From Planctomycetota bacterium (GTDB taxonomy: Bacteria; Planctomycetota; UBA1135), in contig JACNIZ010000216.1 in NCBI GenBank assembly GCA_014382805.1, positions 1-56,138 of the forward strand: a stretch of DNA of 56,138 nt, in the 5' to 3' direction. Numbering within the stretch: position 1 is the first letter of the stretch; each line of letters begins with the position of its first letter. Shown piece by piece: positions 26,828 through 36,640 of this stretch. The position numbers and the translations under genes are program-made. The notes under the pieces were generated by a model. That model made no database searches. It had not been told where the DNA came from and saw nothing but the letters and a program-made list of their open reading frames with translations.

Positions 26828-28395
26828 TCTTCTTCGGCGGCCCTACGTTTGGGCAACCAGCGAGGGGTGCGGTCTTTGTAAGCCTTGAAGCCATCGCCAA
26901 AAATCATTTCAGCGTCGCGTTCTTCGTAAGGTGCGATCAAAAAGATCCATGCCGCAGTTAATACGCCGAGCATGAACCGATCCAAAGTCACTTCAGGCAT
27001 GCCCAGCAATGCCAGCAAAATGCCCAAGTTGATGGGTTGGCGTATGACTGAATACGGCGGCAGGGCGATGAACTCTTGACCAGGTGGATTGCGGCCAGTG
27101 GCCAGCGCGCGCAGGTGCGGCAAACCCAATAGCTGGGCACCGCCGACGACAAACGCAGCCCAGGCCGCAAGGACCAAACCGCAGCCTTGGATGATGTTGG
27201 CGAGTACCGCTGGCAAACCTTGAAGGTTCCACAACACAGGCCCGGTGGTTTGCCAGAAGGAAGCCAGCATGCACAAAGAAATGCCGGCGATAAACACATA
27301 TAGCGGCCGCTCTCCGCAAGGGCCTAATGGTAGGTTGAGCCACTTGCGACCTATGCCACGGGCGAAAATGGAATGCGGCAAAATGAACAGCGCCAACAAA
27401 AAAAAGTCCCCAAGCAATGCCCAAGGTCGGAACGACGGTTCGACCGCCAATTCCGCCCCGAATAAAATTCGCGCCCAACCCAAAACGCCAACGATGGCAA
27501 AAAGCGGAGCCGTCCACAGCAAAACCGCCGCCAAGGGGCGCGGCAAAGTCGAGGGCGCTGGCGGTCGATCGTCATCACCTTCGATGACCGGTTCAATTTT
27601 GCGACTTTTGCGACTTTTGCGCGGAGGTGGTTCCCCGGCAGCCGCCGCAACTGGGATTGCTGTTGGGTTTTCAGGCTGGTCAGGAGTAGGTTCGGCAGGC
27701 ATGGCCGCGGGGGGGGCGTGAGTTACATGGTACGCCTCACGCGCATCATTTTGCACGATGACCGATTTTGGCCACGTCGGGCAAAACTGTTCGCACAAGC
27801 CGCAACCAATGCAAAGCTCGGGTACCAAGCTCGGTTTGCCGTTCAATAAGGCAATGGCGCGCGGTTGCGTTGGGCATACCGAAGCACAGGTGTCGCAATA
27901 GTGGTTTTTGTATGCCAAACACAGGTCTTCATCAAACACCGCTAAGCCCATGTTAATTTCGCGCGCGCTTTCGACGGCTTGCAGCGCGCCGGTATCGCAG
28001 GCGGTGATGCAACTGCGTTCCGTGCAAACCGCACAGGCAATGGAACTAGGCAAAATTTGCGGCGTGCCAGCGTCATCGCGGCCGTCGGGCACCGGCACGA
28101 TGGCGGAAACCGGACAAGCATCAAAGCAATCGTCGCAACGGCTGCAATAAGTTAAAAACGACGCCTCGGCCAGCGCTCCGGGAGGACGGATTCTGGAATG
28201 CTGCTTGGCGTCGCTTTGAGCCGCAACCTCGGCTGCCCTCTGCTGTTGAAAAGCGCGCGCTTTACCTTCGCCTGTGAGCAATGCCTCGCCATCCATGAGC
28301 GGCCGCACCGCATCAACGGAATCCGCCACGGTCCGCACTAATTTGCGCAAACCGTGGCGGAAAAAGTCGCGCCGATCGACGTTATCTTCAGGCAA
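26824..28395 (-). CDS. Fusion protein: N-terminal poly-ferredoxin (four 4Fe-4S-type Cys motifs) + linker + C-terminal ICMT/PEMT-like polytopic membrane domain
   Basis: CSRCDDCFDACP, CAVCTERSCITAC, Cx7CDTCASVCP and CIGCGLCEQFCP. Then a Pro/Lys-rich linker, several TM segments, and the C-terminus YSVIRQPINLG...APYEERDAEMIFGDGFKAYKDRTPRWLP (ICMT-family signature with RHP changed to RQP). ATGA overlap with glcD. Confidence 0.8.
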   Translation of the reverse strand: MPEDNVDRRDFFRHGLRKLVRTVADSVDAVRPLMDGEALLTGEGKARAFQQQRAAEVAAQSDAKQHSRIRPPGALAEASFLTYCSRCDDCFDACPVSAIVPVPDGRDDAGTPQILPSSIACAVCTERSCITACDTGALQAVESAREINMGLAVFDEDLCLAYKNHYCDTCASVCPTQPRAIALLNGKPSLVPELCIGCGLCEQFCPTWPKSVIVQNDAREAYHVTHAPPAAMPAEPTPDQPENPTAIPVAAAAGEPPPRKSRKSRKIEPVIEGDDDRPPAPSTLPRPLAAVLLWTAPLFAIVGVLGWARILFGAELAVEPSFRPWALLGDFFLLALFILPHSIFARGIGRKWLNLPLGPCGERPLYVFIAGISLCMLASFWQTTGPVLWNLQGLPAVLANIIQGCGLVLAAWAAFVVGGAQLLGLPHLRALATGRNPPGQEFIALPPYSVIRQPINLGILLALLGMPEVTLDRFMLGVLTAAWIFLIAPYEERDAEMIFGDGFKAYKDRTPRWLPKRRAAEEE

Positions 28396-28413
28396 TGGCG
28401 TGACGGTTGAAGG

Positions 28414-29985
28414 TTATTTGGTAGCTCGTGAAATCAACTTGGCCTGAGTGAACAGCCCCAGGTAATCGCGACCACCGGCTTTGGAGTCGGTGCCCGACAT
28501 GTTGAAACCACCAAACGGGTGCACGCCCACTAAAGCGCCAGTGCACTTACGGTTGATGTACAAGTTTCCAGCCATCAACTCGTGACGGGCACGCTCAATC
28601 TTCTCTTCGTCGCGGCCCCAGTAAGCACCGGTCAAGCCATAGATGGTGTCGTTTGCGGCTTCCATGCCTTCTTCAAACGACGCCACTTTGGTGACGGCAA
28701 CCACTGGTGCAAACAACTCTTCTTTGAAGATGTAATCGGAGCGGCCCACCCCGGTGAACACAGTTGGTTGCAAGTACCAGCCTTCTTCGCTGGCGCGTTC
28801 ACCACCGGCGACCAAAGTATTGCCATTTTTCTTGGCCTCTTCGATGCCCTTGAGTGCTTGATTCATCGCCTTTTCATTAATCATCGCGCCGAGGAAGTTT
28901 TTAAATTCAGACGGGTGACCAATGGTGGTGGCTTCTACCAATGGCAGGAACTTCTCCATGAAGCTGTCATGAATCTTTTCATGCAGAATTACGCGTGAGC
29001 AAGCCGAGCACTTTTGGCCTTGGAAGCCAAATGCTGCCGCCCAAACTGCCGGAGCAGCCTTTTCAATGTCGGCGTCTTCATCGATGAACATGAAGTCTTT
29101 ACCGCCCATTTCGGCAGTAACGCGCTTCAGCCAAATTTGACCGTCGGGGGTTTCGCCAGCTTTTTGGAAGATGCGCTTGCCGATTTCCATCGAACCAGTG
29201 AAGTTGATGAAACGAATCTGTGGGTGCTCGACCATGGTGTCGCCCACTTCGCCACCGGAGCCCGGTACGAATTGCAGCACACCACCTGGCAAGCCGACCT
29301 CTTTCATGAGGTCGATAAACATCGAAGCAATGCCCGGGCTATCTGAAGCAGGCTTCAACAGTACACAGTTGCCTGCAGCAATCGGTGCCATGCAGATGCC
29401 AATCATGATGGCCAGCGGGAAGTTCCATGGCGGAATGGCAACACCGACGCCTAGAGGTATATACCTCAGCTCGTTGTGCTCACCGGCCATGCGGGTCAGC
29501 GGCTGCGGGCGGTCGTAACGCAAAGCTTCACGCGCGTAGAACTCAAGGAAGTCGATGGCTTCAGCGGTGTCGCCGTCGGCTTCCGCCCACGACTTACCCA
29601 CTTCATAGACCATCATCGCCGAAAATTCGTGCTTGCGCAGACGCATGATGCGCGCTGCTTTGAACAAGTATTCGGCGCGTTCAGCGGCCGAGCGCCGCGA
29701 CCAGGCACCAAACGCTTTGTGCGCGCCGACGATGGCGCCCAACACGTCGTCTTTATTGGCTTTGGCCGAGTTGGCGACCACGCGCGAGGTCAAAGACGGG
29801 TCGATCGATTCGAAGGTACCGGCACCGCCTTCGCGATCTTCGCCATCGATGTGCAAGCGCACAACTACCGGCAAAGCGGCTTCGATTTTCTCCAGGGCCG
29901 CTTGGAACGGCTTGGAGTTTTCTTCTTGAGTGAAGTCGGTAAACGGTTCGTTTACGAAGGAAGTGATTTCTGAGGTGGTTTGCAT
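28414..29985 (-). CDS. pruA: L-glutamate gamma-semialdehyde (1-pyrroline-5-carboxylate) dehydrogenase
   Basis: Aldehyde dehydrogenase fold with EMGGKD and GFQGQKCSA catalytic motifs. The ~520-aa stand-alone P5CDH type. Confidence 0.85.
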   Translation of the reverse strand: MQTTSEITSFVNEPFTDFTQEENSKPFQAALEKIEAALPVVVRLHIDGEDREGGAGTFESIDPSLTSRVVANSAKANKDDVLGAIVGAHKAFGAWSRRSAAERAEYLFKAARIMRLRKHEFSAMMVYEVGKSWAEADGDTAEAIDFLEFYAREALRYDRPQPLTRMAGEHNELRYIPLGVGVAIPPWNFPLAIMIGICMAPIAAGNCVLLKPASDSPGIASMFIDLMKEVGLPGGVLQFVPGSGGEVGDTMVEHPQIRFINFTGSMEIGKRIFQKAGETPDGQIWLKRVTAEMGGKDFMFIDEDADIEKAAPAVWAAAFGFQGQKCSACSRVILHEKIHDSFMEKFLPLVEATTIGHPSEFKNFLGAMINEKAMNQALKGIEEAKKNGNTLVAGGERASEEGWYLQPTVFTGVGRSDYIFKEELFAPVVAVTKVASFEEGMEAANDTIYGLTGAYWGRDEEKIERARHELMAGNLYINRKCTGALVGVHPFGGFNMSGTDSKAGGRDYLGLFTQAKLISRATK

Positions 29986-29990
29986 CGTGC

Positions 29991-31352
29991 TCAGGACGAA
30001 GGGGGGGCCACGGTGGCCGGCCCGCCATTATGAAGGAACGCAGCCATTTCGTCTGCGCTTCTAGCTGCATATGCTGCTTTTCGCTGACTTTTATGGACTG
30101 GCGGGTAAAGCGGAGGCAAAAGTCCCATTTCCGCCTTCATCGGCTGGAAATTGGAACTCGGCGAATGGGCGACGTGATGGCACAGGGCGCCGAGCAGGGT
30201 CGTCGTCGGCAGTGGCCGCGGGGTGGTGCCGCGCAGACGCTCGACAGCGTTGCGTCCAGCCACCAATCCAGAGGCAATATTGCCTAAATAGCCTTCCATG
30301 CCAGTGATTTGGCCAGCCAGGAATAAGCCTTCGCGTTGGCGCCACTCCAACGTGCTGGTCAGCAGCTGCGGCGCGTTGACAAAAGTGTTGCGGTGCATTG
30401 AGCCCAAGCGCGTAAATTCCGCGTTTTCCATGCCCGGCAGCAGGCGGAAAATGCGCTCCTGCTCTGGGTAGCGTAGGTTGGTTTGGAAGCCAACCATGTT
30501 GTACAGAGTGCCGAGGGTGTTTTCCTGGCGCAGTTGGATCACCGCATAGGGCCAGCGTCCACTGCGCGGGTCATCCAGGCCGACCGGCCGCATTGGGCCA
30601 AAACGCAGCGTTTCGCGGCCGCGAGCGGCAAGGATCTCGATCGGCAGGCAGCGTTCAAAAAACTGTTTGGCGCGCGGATCGGCGACTTCAAATTCTTTGA
30701 GTTCATGCTTTTCGGAGGTGAGCACGGCATCCACGAAGGCCAGATAGTGGTCCTTTTCCAACGGGATATTGAGGTAATCCGCTTCGCCTTTGCCCCACCG
30801 CGACGCGGCAAAAATGATGTCGCGATTGAGGCTTTCGGCAGTGACCACCGGCGCGATGGCGTCGAAAAAGGACAGGTGCTGAATGCCGGCAAGGCGCGAT
30901 ATGTCGTTGGCCAAAGCTTCGCTAGTCAAAGGACCGCTGGCGATTATGGCGACGTCGTCAGTCGGCACAGTTTTTACCTCATCTCGCACCAATTCGATCA
31001 GCGGATGTGCTTCCAGCCGCGCAGTGACGCGTTCGCCGAAGCGGTCGCGGTCTACGGCCAGAGCTTGCCCGGCCGGAACCGAGCAGGCTTCTGCGTCGTC
31101 GAGCATCAAACAGCCCAAAGCCCGCATTTCCGCCTGCAAAATCCCGGCGGCGCGGTCGGGCAGCTTGGAGCCCAGCGAATTGGAGCAAACTAACTCAGCG
31201 CAATTGCCGGTCTGGTGGGCCGGGGTAGGCAGCCCCGGCCTCATTTCAAAAAGGCGCACCGCAAAACCGGCGTCGGCTATTTGCAGGGCGGCCTCAGACC
31301 CAGCGAGGCCAGCCCCTATGACAGGGACTGGCCCCTTTGAATGGTCTTTCAT
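29991..31352 (-). CDS. trmFO: Methylenetetrahydrofolate--tRNA-(uracil-5-)-methyltransferase TrmFO
   Basis: VIGAGLAGSEAA, AELVCSNSLG, FFDAIAP, GPMRPVGL and FLAGQITGMEGY motifs. Confidence 0.93.
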   Translation of the reverse strand: MKDHSKGPVPVIGAGLAGSEAALQIADAGFAVRLFEMRPGLPTPAHQTGNCAELVCSNSLGSKLPDRAAGILQAEMRALGCLMLDDAEACSVPAGQALAVDRDRFGERVTARLEAHPLIELVRDEVKTVPTDDVAIIASGPLTSEALANDISRLAGIQHLSFFDAIAPVVTAESLNRDIIFAASRWGKGEADYLNIPLEKDHYLAFVDAVLTSEKHELKEFEVADPRAKQFFERCLPIEILAARGRETLRFGPMRPVGLDDPRSGRWPYAVIQLRQENTLGTLYNMVGFQTNLRYPEQERIFRLLPGMENAEFTRLGSMHRNTFVNAPQLLTSTLEWRQREGLFLAGQITGMEGYLGNIASGLVAGRNAVERLRGTTPRPLPTTTLLGALCHHVAHSPSSNFQPMKAEMGLLPPLYPPVHKSQRKAAYAARSADEMAAFLHNGGPATVAPPSS

Positions 31353-31362
31353 GCCGCATATT

Positions 31363-33003
31363 TTAGGGCAGCACGCGCGTCGATGCTTTAACAGTCATCG
31401 CCAAGTTTCCAGCACCGTCGTTGGTGTAGCCCTGGACGTGAATGGCAACCCCAATCAGGCCTGGGTTGGGAGGAACATTCAGCGGCACCACGCCGCTTCC
31501 TGGAGGCACAGTAAAGGTTGGCGAGGCCAAAAGCGCGGAAAGGTCGATGTCGAACACGCCCAGGGCGGTCGGCGATGGCGCCAAATTGGTCGAAAAGCCC
31601 ATCGTGGCGGTGAGCGGTGAGTTGCTGTACATCAAATTGACCGGCATGCCGCTTTGCACCACACCGTCGACGTGGAAGTCCTGCTCAAAGGTGTCGAAAC
31701 AAGTAATCGCGCCGCCGTTGCCGAATGTGTTGGCATGCACGCCTTTGCTGCCAGCCACGCCGACTTCGCCGTCAGGTGAAATCGCTACCGAAAACGCAGA
31801 TCCCGGCAGGTCGATCGCCGCGGTTTGATTGCCAGCTTCGTCATAGGCAAAAGCCTCTGGAGTGGCGTTTAAGGAATCACCCCAAGTCGAACCGGCTAGG
31901 TATTCACCGTTTTCTTCGACTTCAACTCCGGAGGCTACCAATTGGAATGTGGTGCCAGGTGCGGTCAGCGTATCGGTCCACAACAAAGTATGGCTCGGCA
32001 CATCAATCAGGCCGACCTCCACCACGGCGTAAGCCGGTGAGGACTTTTGCACCAAATAGCCCAAACGGCTGCCGTCGGCGTCTAAATCGAGGCGTGCGAC
32101 GTAAGTGCCGCCGCTGAAGTTTTCGCTATGCACGTTTACCCAACTGCCAGCTTGCTCTTGATACACGCGCAAGTAGCCGAAACTGCCGTAGGCGAATGAA
32201 GTGCCATCGCCGGAAAAAGCATGCGAATCAAACGATGCGCCGATGGAATGGGAGTGGATCATCGCCGCGCCGAATACGTCGTAAATGTACGCCGTCGTAC
32301 CGATGAAAAAATAAGCTCGACTACCGTCATCACTTAAACGAGCTTGGCGCGCGTGGAAGTTGGTGCCGTCGTTCAAAGTGCCGCTAGAAATGGAATTGCC
32401 GGCACGGTCAAAGGTTTCGATCAACAGCTTGCCGCTGTTCGGATCGGCCTTCCAAGTAACGATGATTTTGGCGTCGTCGGACACTGCAACACCACCACCG
32501 TAATAATTTTGCGTAGTGGGGTAGGTGTAAGTCCAATCCGGCGTGCCATTGCCAGTGGTGTCAAAAACCGAAACTGTGGCCTCGAATTCATAAGTCGAAC
32601 CTGGATCGATATCAAAAATTTCCATGGCGACGCCTACCGGAGCGCGGTCGGCCATGGCCACATAAGGATTCTCGGAATTCAGCGTATCGTGGAAGAACAA
32701 CTCGGTCGGAGAGTGGCTGGTGTAAACCACCACGCCTTCGTTATTCAACCCGCGACTGGCGATCATTTGGCCGCCGTTATCGCCGATATCGGTGTCATAG
32801 CCTATCCAAGCCAAGCCGCCGTCCAAGTTCTGCCAGCGCGGCGAGGTCACCAGGTTTTGACGCGAACCCAAGGCTTGGATTCCATTTAGGTTGTGCTCGC
32901 TGCGCAAAAACGCCCCTTCAGGCGTAACTTCCATAAAATCGCGGGCTTGGGGGTCCGGCGCAGATTGTGCCGAGCAAAGGAGTAAGGGGATCAGAGGGAG
33001 CAT
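31363..33003 (-). CDS. Secreted beta-propeller-like repeat protein, function unknown
   Basis: The internal ATG at 33003 gives MLPLIPLLLCSA (signal). It has repeated S.DG... strand motifs (LSDDGSRAYF, FSGDGTSFAY, LDADGSRLGY, ISPDGEVGV) and a C-terminal beta-sandwich-like tail. Confidence 0.6.
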   Translation of the reverse strand: MLPLIPLLLCSAQSAPDPQARDFMEVTPEGAFLRSEHNLNGIQALGSRQNLVTSPRWQNLDGGLAWIGYDTDIGDNGGQMIASRGLNNEGVVVYTSHSPTELFFHDTLNSENPYVAMADRAPVGVAMEIFDIDPGSTYEFEATVSVFDTTGNGTPDWTYTYPTTQNYYGGGVAVSDDAKIIVTWKADPNSGKLLIETFDRAGNSISSGTLNDGTNFHARQARLSDDGSRAYFFIGTTAYIYDVFGAAMIHSHSIGASFDSHAFSGDGTSFAYGSFGYLRVYQEQAGSWVNVHSENFSGGTYVARLDLDADGSRLGYLVQKSSPAYAVVEVGLIDVPSHTLLWTDTLTAPGTTFQLVASGVEVEENGEYLAGSTWGDSLNATPEAFAYDEAGNQTAAIDLPGSAFSVAISPDGEVGVAGSKGVHANTFGNGGAITCFDTFEQDFHVDGVVQSGMPVNLMYSNSPLTATMGFSTNLAPSPTALGVFDIDLSALLASPTFTVPPGSGVVPLNVPPNPGLIGVAIHVQGYTNDGAGNLAMTVKASTRVLP

Positions 33004-33092
33004 GCACCAACATTCGCACCTTTCACCTTCTGAGTCAAACTGTGAATTGCTTTTCAGGGTAGTGGTGGGGGCGTTTCCATTAGAATGCGCTT

Positions 33093-34715
33093 GTGTTGCT
33101 CGCTTCCCTCGTCCTCCTTGGCGCTGCATCGCCTGCCCAGGAACCCGTTGTTCAGGTCATTCCCACCAGGCTAGATCGGGTGACGGTTTACCCTGAGCAA
33201 GCCTTAGTTGAGCGGGTTCTAGAGGTTCAATTCGACCGCGCCGGAGACCTTTCTTTCGACGTCGGCCCGCTGCCAGTACTAGCGAGCAAAGCTTCTTTTC
33301 AGCTGCGAGTGGAGTCCGGTCCTGCCGAAGTTCAGGGCATGGAGACCTCGATTCGCAATAGCACCGGCAGCGAATCGCCATTGGTGGTTGAGTTGAGAGA
33401 ACGACTGGATGGCATTCAGTCTTTGCACCGTGAAGTGCAGACCAAGTTGGCTGGAGTGGAAGGACAACAAGCCGTCTTGGATGCCATGGTTGGGTCGGTT
33501 GCTAACCGGGCCGAACCGCTCACCGAAGTAGAACTCTTGCCGATCCTGAGTTTGATCCGTAGTCAGACCGAAACGCTGGACCAACAACGGGCGCACTTCC
33601 AAGGGGAAGATGCCAAGTTGAGCGAAACTATCGACGAATTGAATCGCAAAATTGCCGCTGCGATAGGCCAAGCGCGGCCATTTCAAACCTTGCACGTGCC
33701 GCTGCGGTTTGAGCGTCCGGGCACCGCCCAATTGCGTTTGTTGTATTTAGTTTCCAGTGCTAATTGGGAGCCCAGTTACGACGTGCATGTTTCGTCGGAC
33801 TTGACTGGCGTAAGTATCAGCCAAGTTGCTCGCGTGCGGCAGAACACCGGCGAAGATTGGAACAACGTCGAAATTCAACTCAGCACCTCGATGCCATCCA
33901 TCGGTTTGGATCCGCCGCAGTTGCCATCGCGTTTTTATGTTTTGCCTTACCCCGGTGCGCCAGATTTGAACGGCTTGGCCGCGTTGGGTTACGACGGAGG
34001 GGATTTGGCTGTATTGGATGCCTCCGGCGGTGCTGGCACGCTGTCGTTGAGCAACGCCAATTACCAAAGCATGGGCTTGGCAGCGAGTTTCCAAATTGTC
34101 GGCGCACGCACTGTGCTTAGTGGCGGCGAACCGAGTCAGTTTTTGCTGACTAGTTTGCCCATGCAAGTGTCGCCGGAACGCTACGTCGTACCGTCAGTCA
34201 GTGATCAGGCTTATTTGCGGGCTGAAGTGCTGTATTCGGGCGATAAGCCGCTGGTGTCGGGTTCGGCTAAGGTTTATTTGGGGCCAGACTTTTTGGGTGA
34301 AACTCACATGCCAGTTCTGCACCGTGGCGACCGCACCACGATTCACCTCGGCATTGATCCCAATCTGACGGTCAAGTTTGAAACCCTTAGCGATAAGCGC
34401 GACGACCCCGGAATCTTGTCGTCCACCGCGCACCGCACGCGGGTATTCCGCGCCGATTTACGCCTCAGCCCCAATTCGGGTCCGGTTGAAATTTTAGTGG
34501 AAGAAGTACTGCCGCTGACCCGTGACGACCGCATCGAAATTTCGCCGGTGCAAATGCAGCCTGCGCCATTACGCGATGCGCAGTCGATGAAGCTGCGCGA
34601 AAACGGAATTTACCGCTGGAGAATCAAGCTCGCCCCAGGAGCCAGCCAGCGCATTACTTGGGGCTATGACGCCGCTTTCGACGAAGACCTCAACCCCGTC
34701 TTTACGGAAAGATAA
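33093..34715 (+). CDS. DUF4139/DUF4140 (mucoidy inhibitor MuiA-like) family protein
   Basis: GTG start and signal-like N-terminus. The N-terminal segment VTVYPEQALVER is DUF4140-like. A central coiled coil is present. The C-terminal part has ANWEPSYDV and later beta-rich regions typical of DUF4139. Confidence 0.7.
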   Translation: MLLASLVLLGAASPAQEPVVQVIPTRLDRVTVYPEQALVERVLEVQFDRAGDLSFDVGPLPVLASKASFQLRVESGPAEVQGMETSIRNSTGSESPLVVELRERLDGIQSLHREVQTKLAGVEGQQAVLDAMVGSVANRAEPLTEVELLPILSLIRSQTETLDQQRAHFQGEDAKLSETIDELNRKIAAAIGQARPFQTLHVPLRFERPGTAQLRLLYLVSSANWEPSYDVHVSSDLTGVSISQVARVRQNTGEDWNNVEIQLSTSMPSIGLDPPQLPSRFYVLPYPGAPDLNGLAALGYDGGDLAVLDASGGAGTLSLSNANYQSMGLAASFQIVGARTVLSGGEPSQFLLTSLPMQVSPERYVVPSVSDQAYLRAEVLYSGDKPLVSGSAKVYLGPDFLGETHMPVLHRGDRTTIHLGIDPNLTVKFETLSDKRDDPGILSSTAHRTRVFRADLRLSPNSGPVEILVEEVLPLTRDDRIEISPVQMQPAPLRDAQSMKLRENGIYRWRIKLAPGASQRITWGYDAAFDEDLNPVFTER

Positions 34716-35080
34716 TGGCCAAATCCAAAATTTTGGTGGTCGAAGACCAACCCGAGTTTCAGCGCGCTTTGACTTTCCGTTTGAAGGCCCAAGGTTATGA
34801 GGTTGAGCTTGCCGAGGACGGTTGCGCCGCGGATTTGTGCTTGGGCATTGGAAGTTACGACGTCGTCCTAATCAAGGACGTGCTCAGCGACGGGCCGGCC
34901 GCCCCTCGACTGCGCGAATGGCGTCATAAGGGCCACCAAATGCCGGTGATCATGATGCTGGAGAACGTGGCAGCCGAACCTGAGCAATTTAAGTCGGCCC
35001 ATGCCGACGGCGTGATCGCGCGGCCATTTGCGATCTCGGATTTAATCCTCGAAATCGAGCGCGTCACTGTTGCTAGCTGA
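34715..35080 (+). CDS. Stand-alone response-regulator receiver domain, atypical (likely pseudo-receiver)
   Basis: CheY-like KILVVEDQ...; 1-nt overlap (TAATG) with the DUF4139 gene. The conserved D57, T87 and K109 equivalents appear to be K (or shifted), L and R. Confidence 0.8.
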   Translation: MAKSKILVVEDQPEFQRALTFRLKAQGYEVELAEDGCAADLCLGIGSYDVVLIKDVLSDGPAAPRLREWRHKGHQMPVIMMLENVAAEPEQFKSAHADGVIARPFAISDLILEIERVTVAS

Positions 35081-35134
35081 ACGCTAAAATGCCTGATTCC
35101 TGACCCGTTGTGGGTCGCTTCAGCCTGGCAAAAG

Positions 35135-36619
35135 ATGACGGATACTCGCCCTGTACGCGTGCGCTTTGCGCCTTCGCCCACCGGTCGCTTGCACATAGGT
35201 GGTGCTCGCACGGCTTTGTTTAACTGGGCGCTAGCCCGCAGTTTGGGCGGTGCGTTTATTTTGCGCGTCGAAGACACCGACACGGAGCGAAACAGCGAAG
35301 AATCGCTGCATTCGATTTTGGAATCCTTGCGCTGGTTAGGTCTGGACTGGGACGAAGGTCCAGAAGCTAACGGCGAGTTTGGCCCGTATTTTCAAACTCA
35401 ACGCATGGCGAATTACCAGGCGGCGATTGATCGCGGCTTGAGTGAAGGGTGGCTATATCGCTGCTTCGCCAGCGCCGAGGAAATCGGCGAGTTGGTAGCC
35501 GAGCATCGCGCCAACAAGCGCTCTGGACGATGGGAAGGACCCTATCGTGATTTGCCGGTTGCTGAAGCCGAAGCGCGGGCGGCGGCAGGCGAAGAATTTG
35601 TGCTGCGTTTCCGCGTGCCGATGGGGCAAGACGTAGTGATCAAAGACCACATTCGCGGCGACGTAAATTTCCGTTCCGATGAGGTCGAAGATTGGGTGGC
35701 GGTGCGCACCGGCGGCATGCCGACGTACAATTTTTGCTGCGCGATTGACGACGCCGATATGCAAATCAGTCACGTCATCCGCGGCGAAGAGCATTTGGTC
35801 AATACGCCCAAGCAGGTGCTGCTAGCTGAAGCTTTGGGTGTGGCGGTCCCAGATTTTGCCCACGTTCCGTTAATCCTCGGCGAGGACGGCAAAAAGCTCT
35901 CCAAGCGCACCGGCGATACCGCGTTGGGGGATTACATCGACAAAGGCTATCCGGCGGATGCGTTATTTAATTTTCTGGCATTGCTCGGTTTTTCGATAGA
36001 CGATAAAACCACGGTTTTCTCGCGCGAGGAATTGGTGCAGCACTTCGATTTGAAGCGCATTAGTAAAGGCGGCGCGCTGTTTGACATCGATAAGTTGCAT
36101 TGGATTTGCGGTGAATATATTCGGCATATGAGCGTTGCCCATTTGACCGACGCGGTGCTGCCTTCGCTGCGCAGCGCTGGTTTGGTAAGTGAGCCGTTGG
36201 TAGGCGATGACTCCGTAACCGACCTGAACGTGATCGGAAGCCGCGCTTGGTTGGAGCGGTTAGTGGCGGCCATGCAAGAACGCCTCGGCCTGCTCAATGA
36301 GCTGCCTGAAAAAGCTGCGTTTTTGTTTAGCGAAGGCGTCGAACTTGATAAAAAGGCCGCCAAAGCCGTTGCTAACGAACAGGCTATAGCGGTGCTCAGC
36401 CACCTTGCCACCGCCTTTGAATCCGCCGACGTCTTCCCGCCGGCTGATTGGTCGGCCTGGGTCAATGAGCAAGCGGCTCAACTTGACGTCGGCATGGGCA
36501 AGGTAATGAAACCCTTGCGGGCGGCGTTAAGCGGCACTTTAGGAGGACCCGAGCTGCTGGATATTTTGACCTTGTTGGGCAAACAGCGAAGTGTCTCACG
36601 CATTCGAGCGGTGCTTTAG
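35135..36619 (+). CDS. gltX: Glutamyl-tRNA synthetase
   Basis: RVRFAPSPTGRLHIGGARTALFN (HIGH) and KLSKR (KMSKS). The ATG at 35135 is preferred to the TTG at 35108. Confidence 0.95.
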   Translation: MTDTRPVRVRFAPSPTGRLHIGGARTALFNWALARSLGGAFILRVEDTDTERNSEESLHSILESLRWLGLDWDEGPEANGEFGPYFQTQRMANYQAAIDRGLSEGWLYRCFASAEEIGELVAEHRANKRSGRWEGPYRDLPVAEAEARAAAGEEFVLRFRVPMGQDVVIKDHIRGDVNFRSDEVEDWVAVRTGGMPTYNFCCAIDDADMQISHVIRGEEHLVNTPKQVLLAEALGVAVPDFAHVPLILGEDGKKLSKRTGDTALGDYIDKGYPADALFNFLALLGFSIDDKTTVFSREELVQHFDLKRISKGGALFDIDKLHWICGEYIRHMSVAHLTDAVLPSLRSAGLVSEPLVGDDSVTDLNVIGSRAWLERLVAAMQERLGLLNELPEKAAFLFSEGVELDKKAAKAVANEQAIAVLSHLATAFESADVFPPADWSAWVNEQAAQLDVGMGKVMKPLRAALSGTLGGPELLDILTLLGKQRSVSRIRAVL

Positions 36620-36640
36620 GGCGGTGGCTTCGGTCCTGCC

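Noticed and set aside
27597-27623. Tandem 9-nt repeat TTTTGCGAC x2 plus a partial copy
   Set aside because: It lies within the coding linker of the ferredoxin fusion (encodes KSRKSRK). It is a short in-frame duplication, not an independent repeat element.
28300-28395. RRDFF motif at the N-terminus of the ferredoxin fusion as a genuine Tat export signal
   Set aside because: No hydrophobic h-region or A-x-A site follows the motif. This resembles the vestigial twin-arginine motif of NapF-type cytoplasmic ferredoxins.
30483-31620. 236-aa and 245-aa + strand ORFs
   Set aside because: They are antisense to trmFO and the start of the beta-propeller gene. They are Arg/Ala/Ser-rich shadow ORFs.
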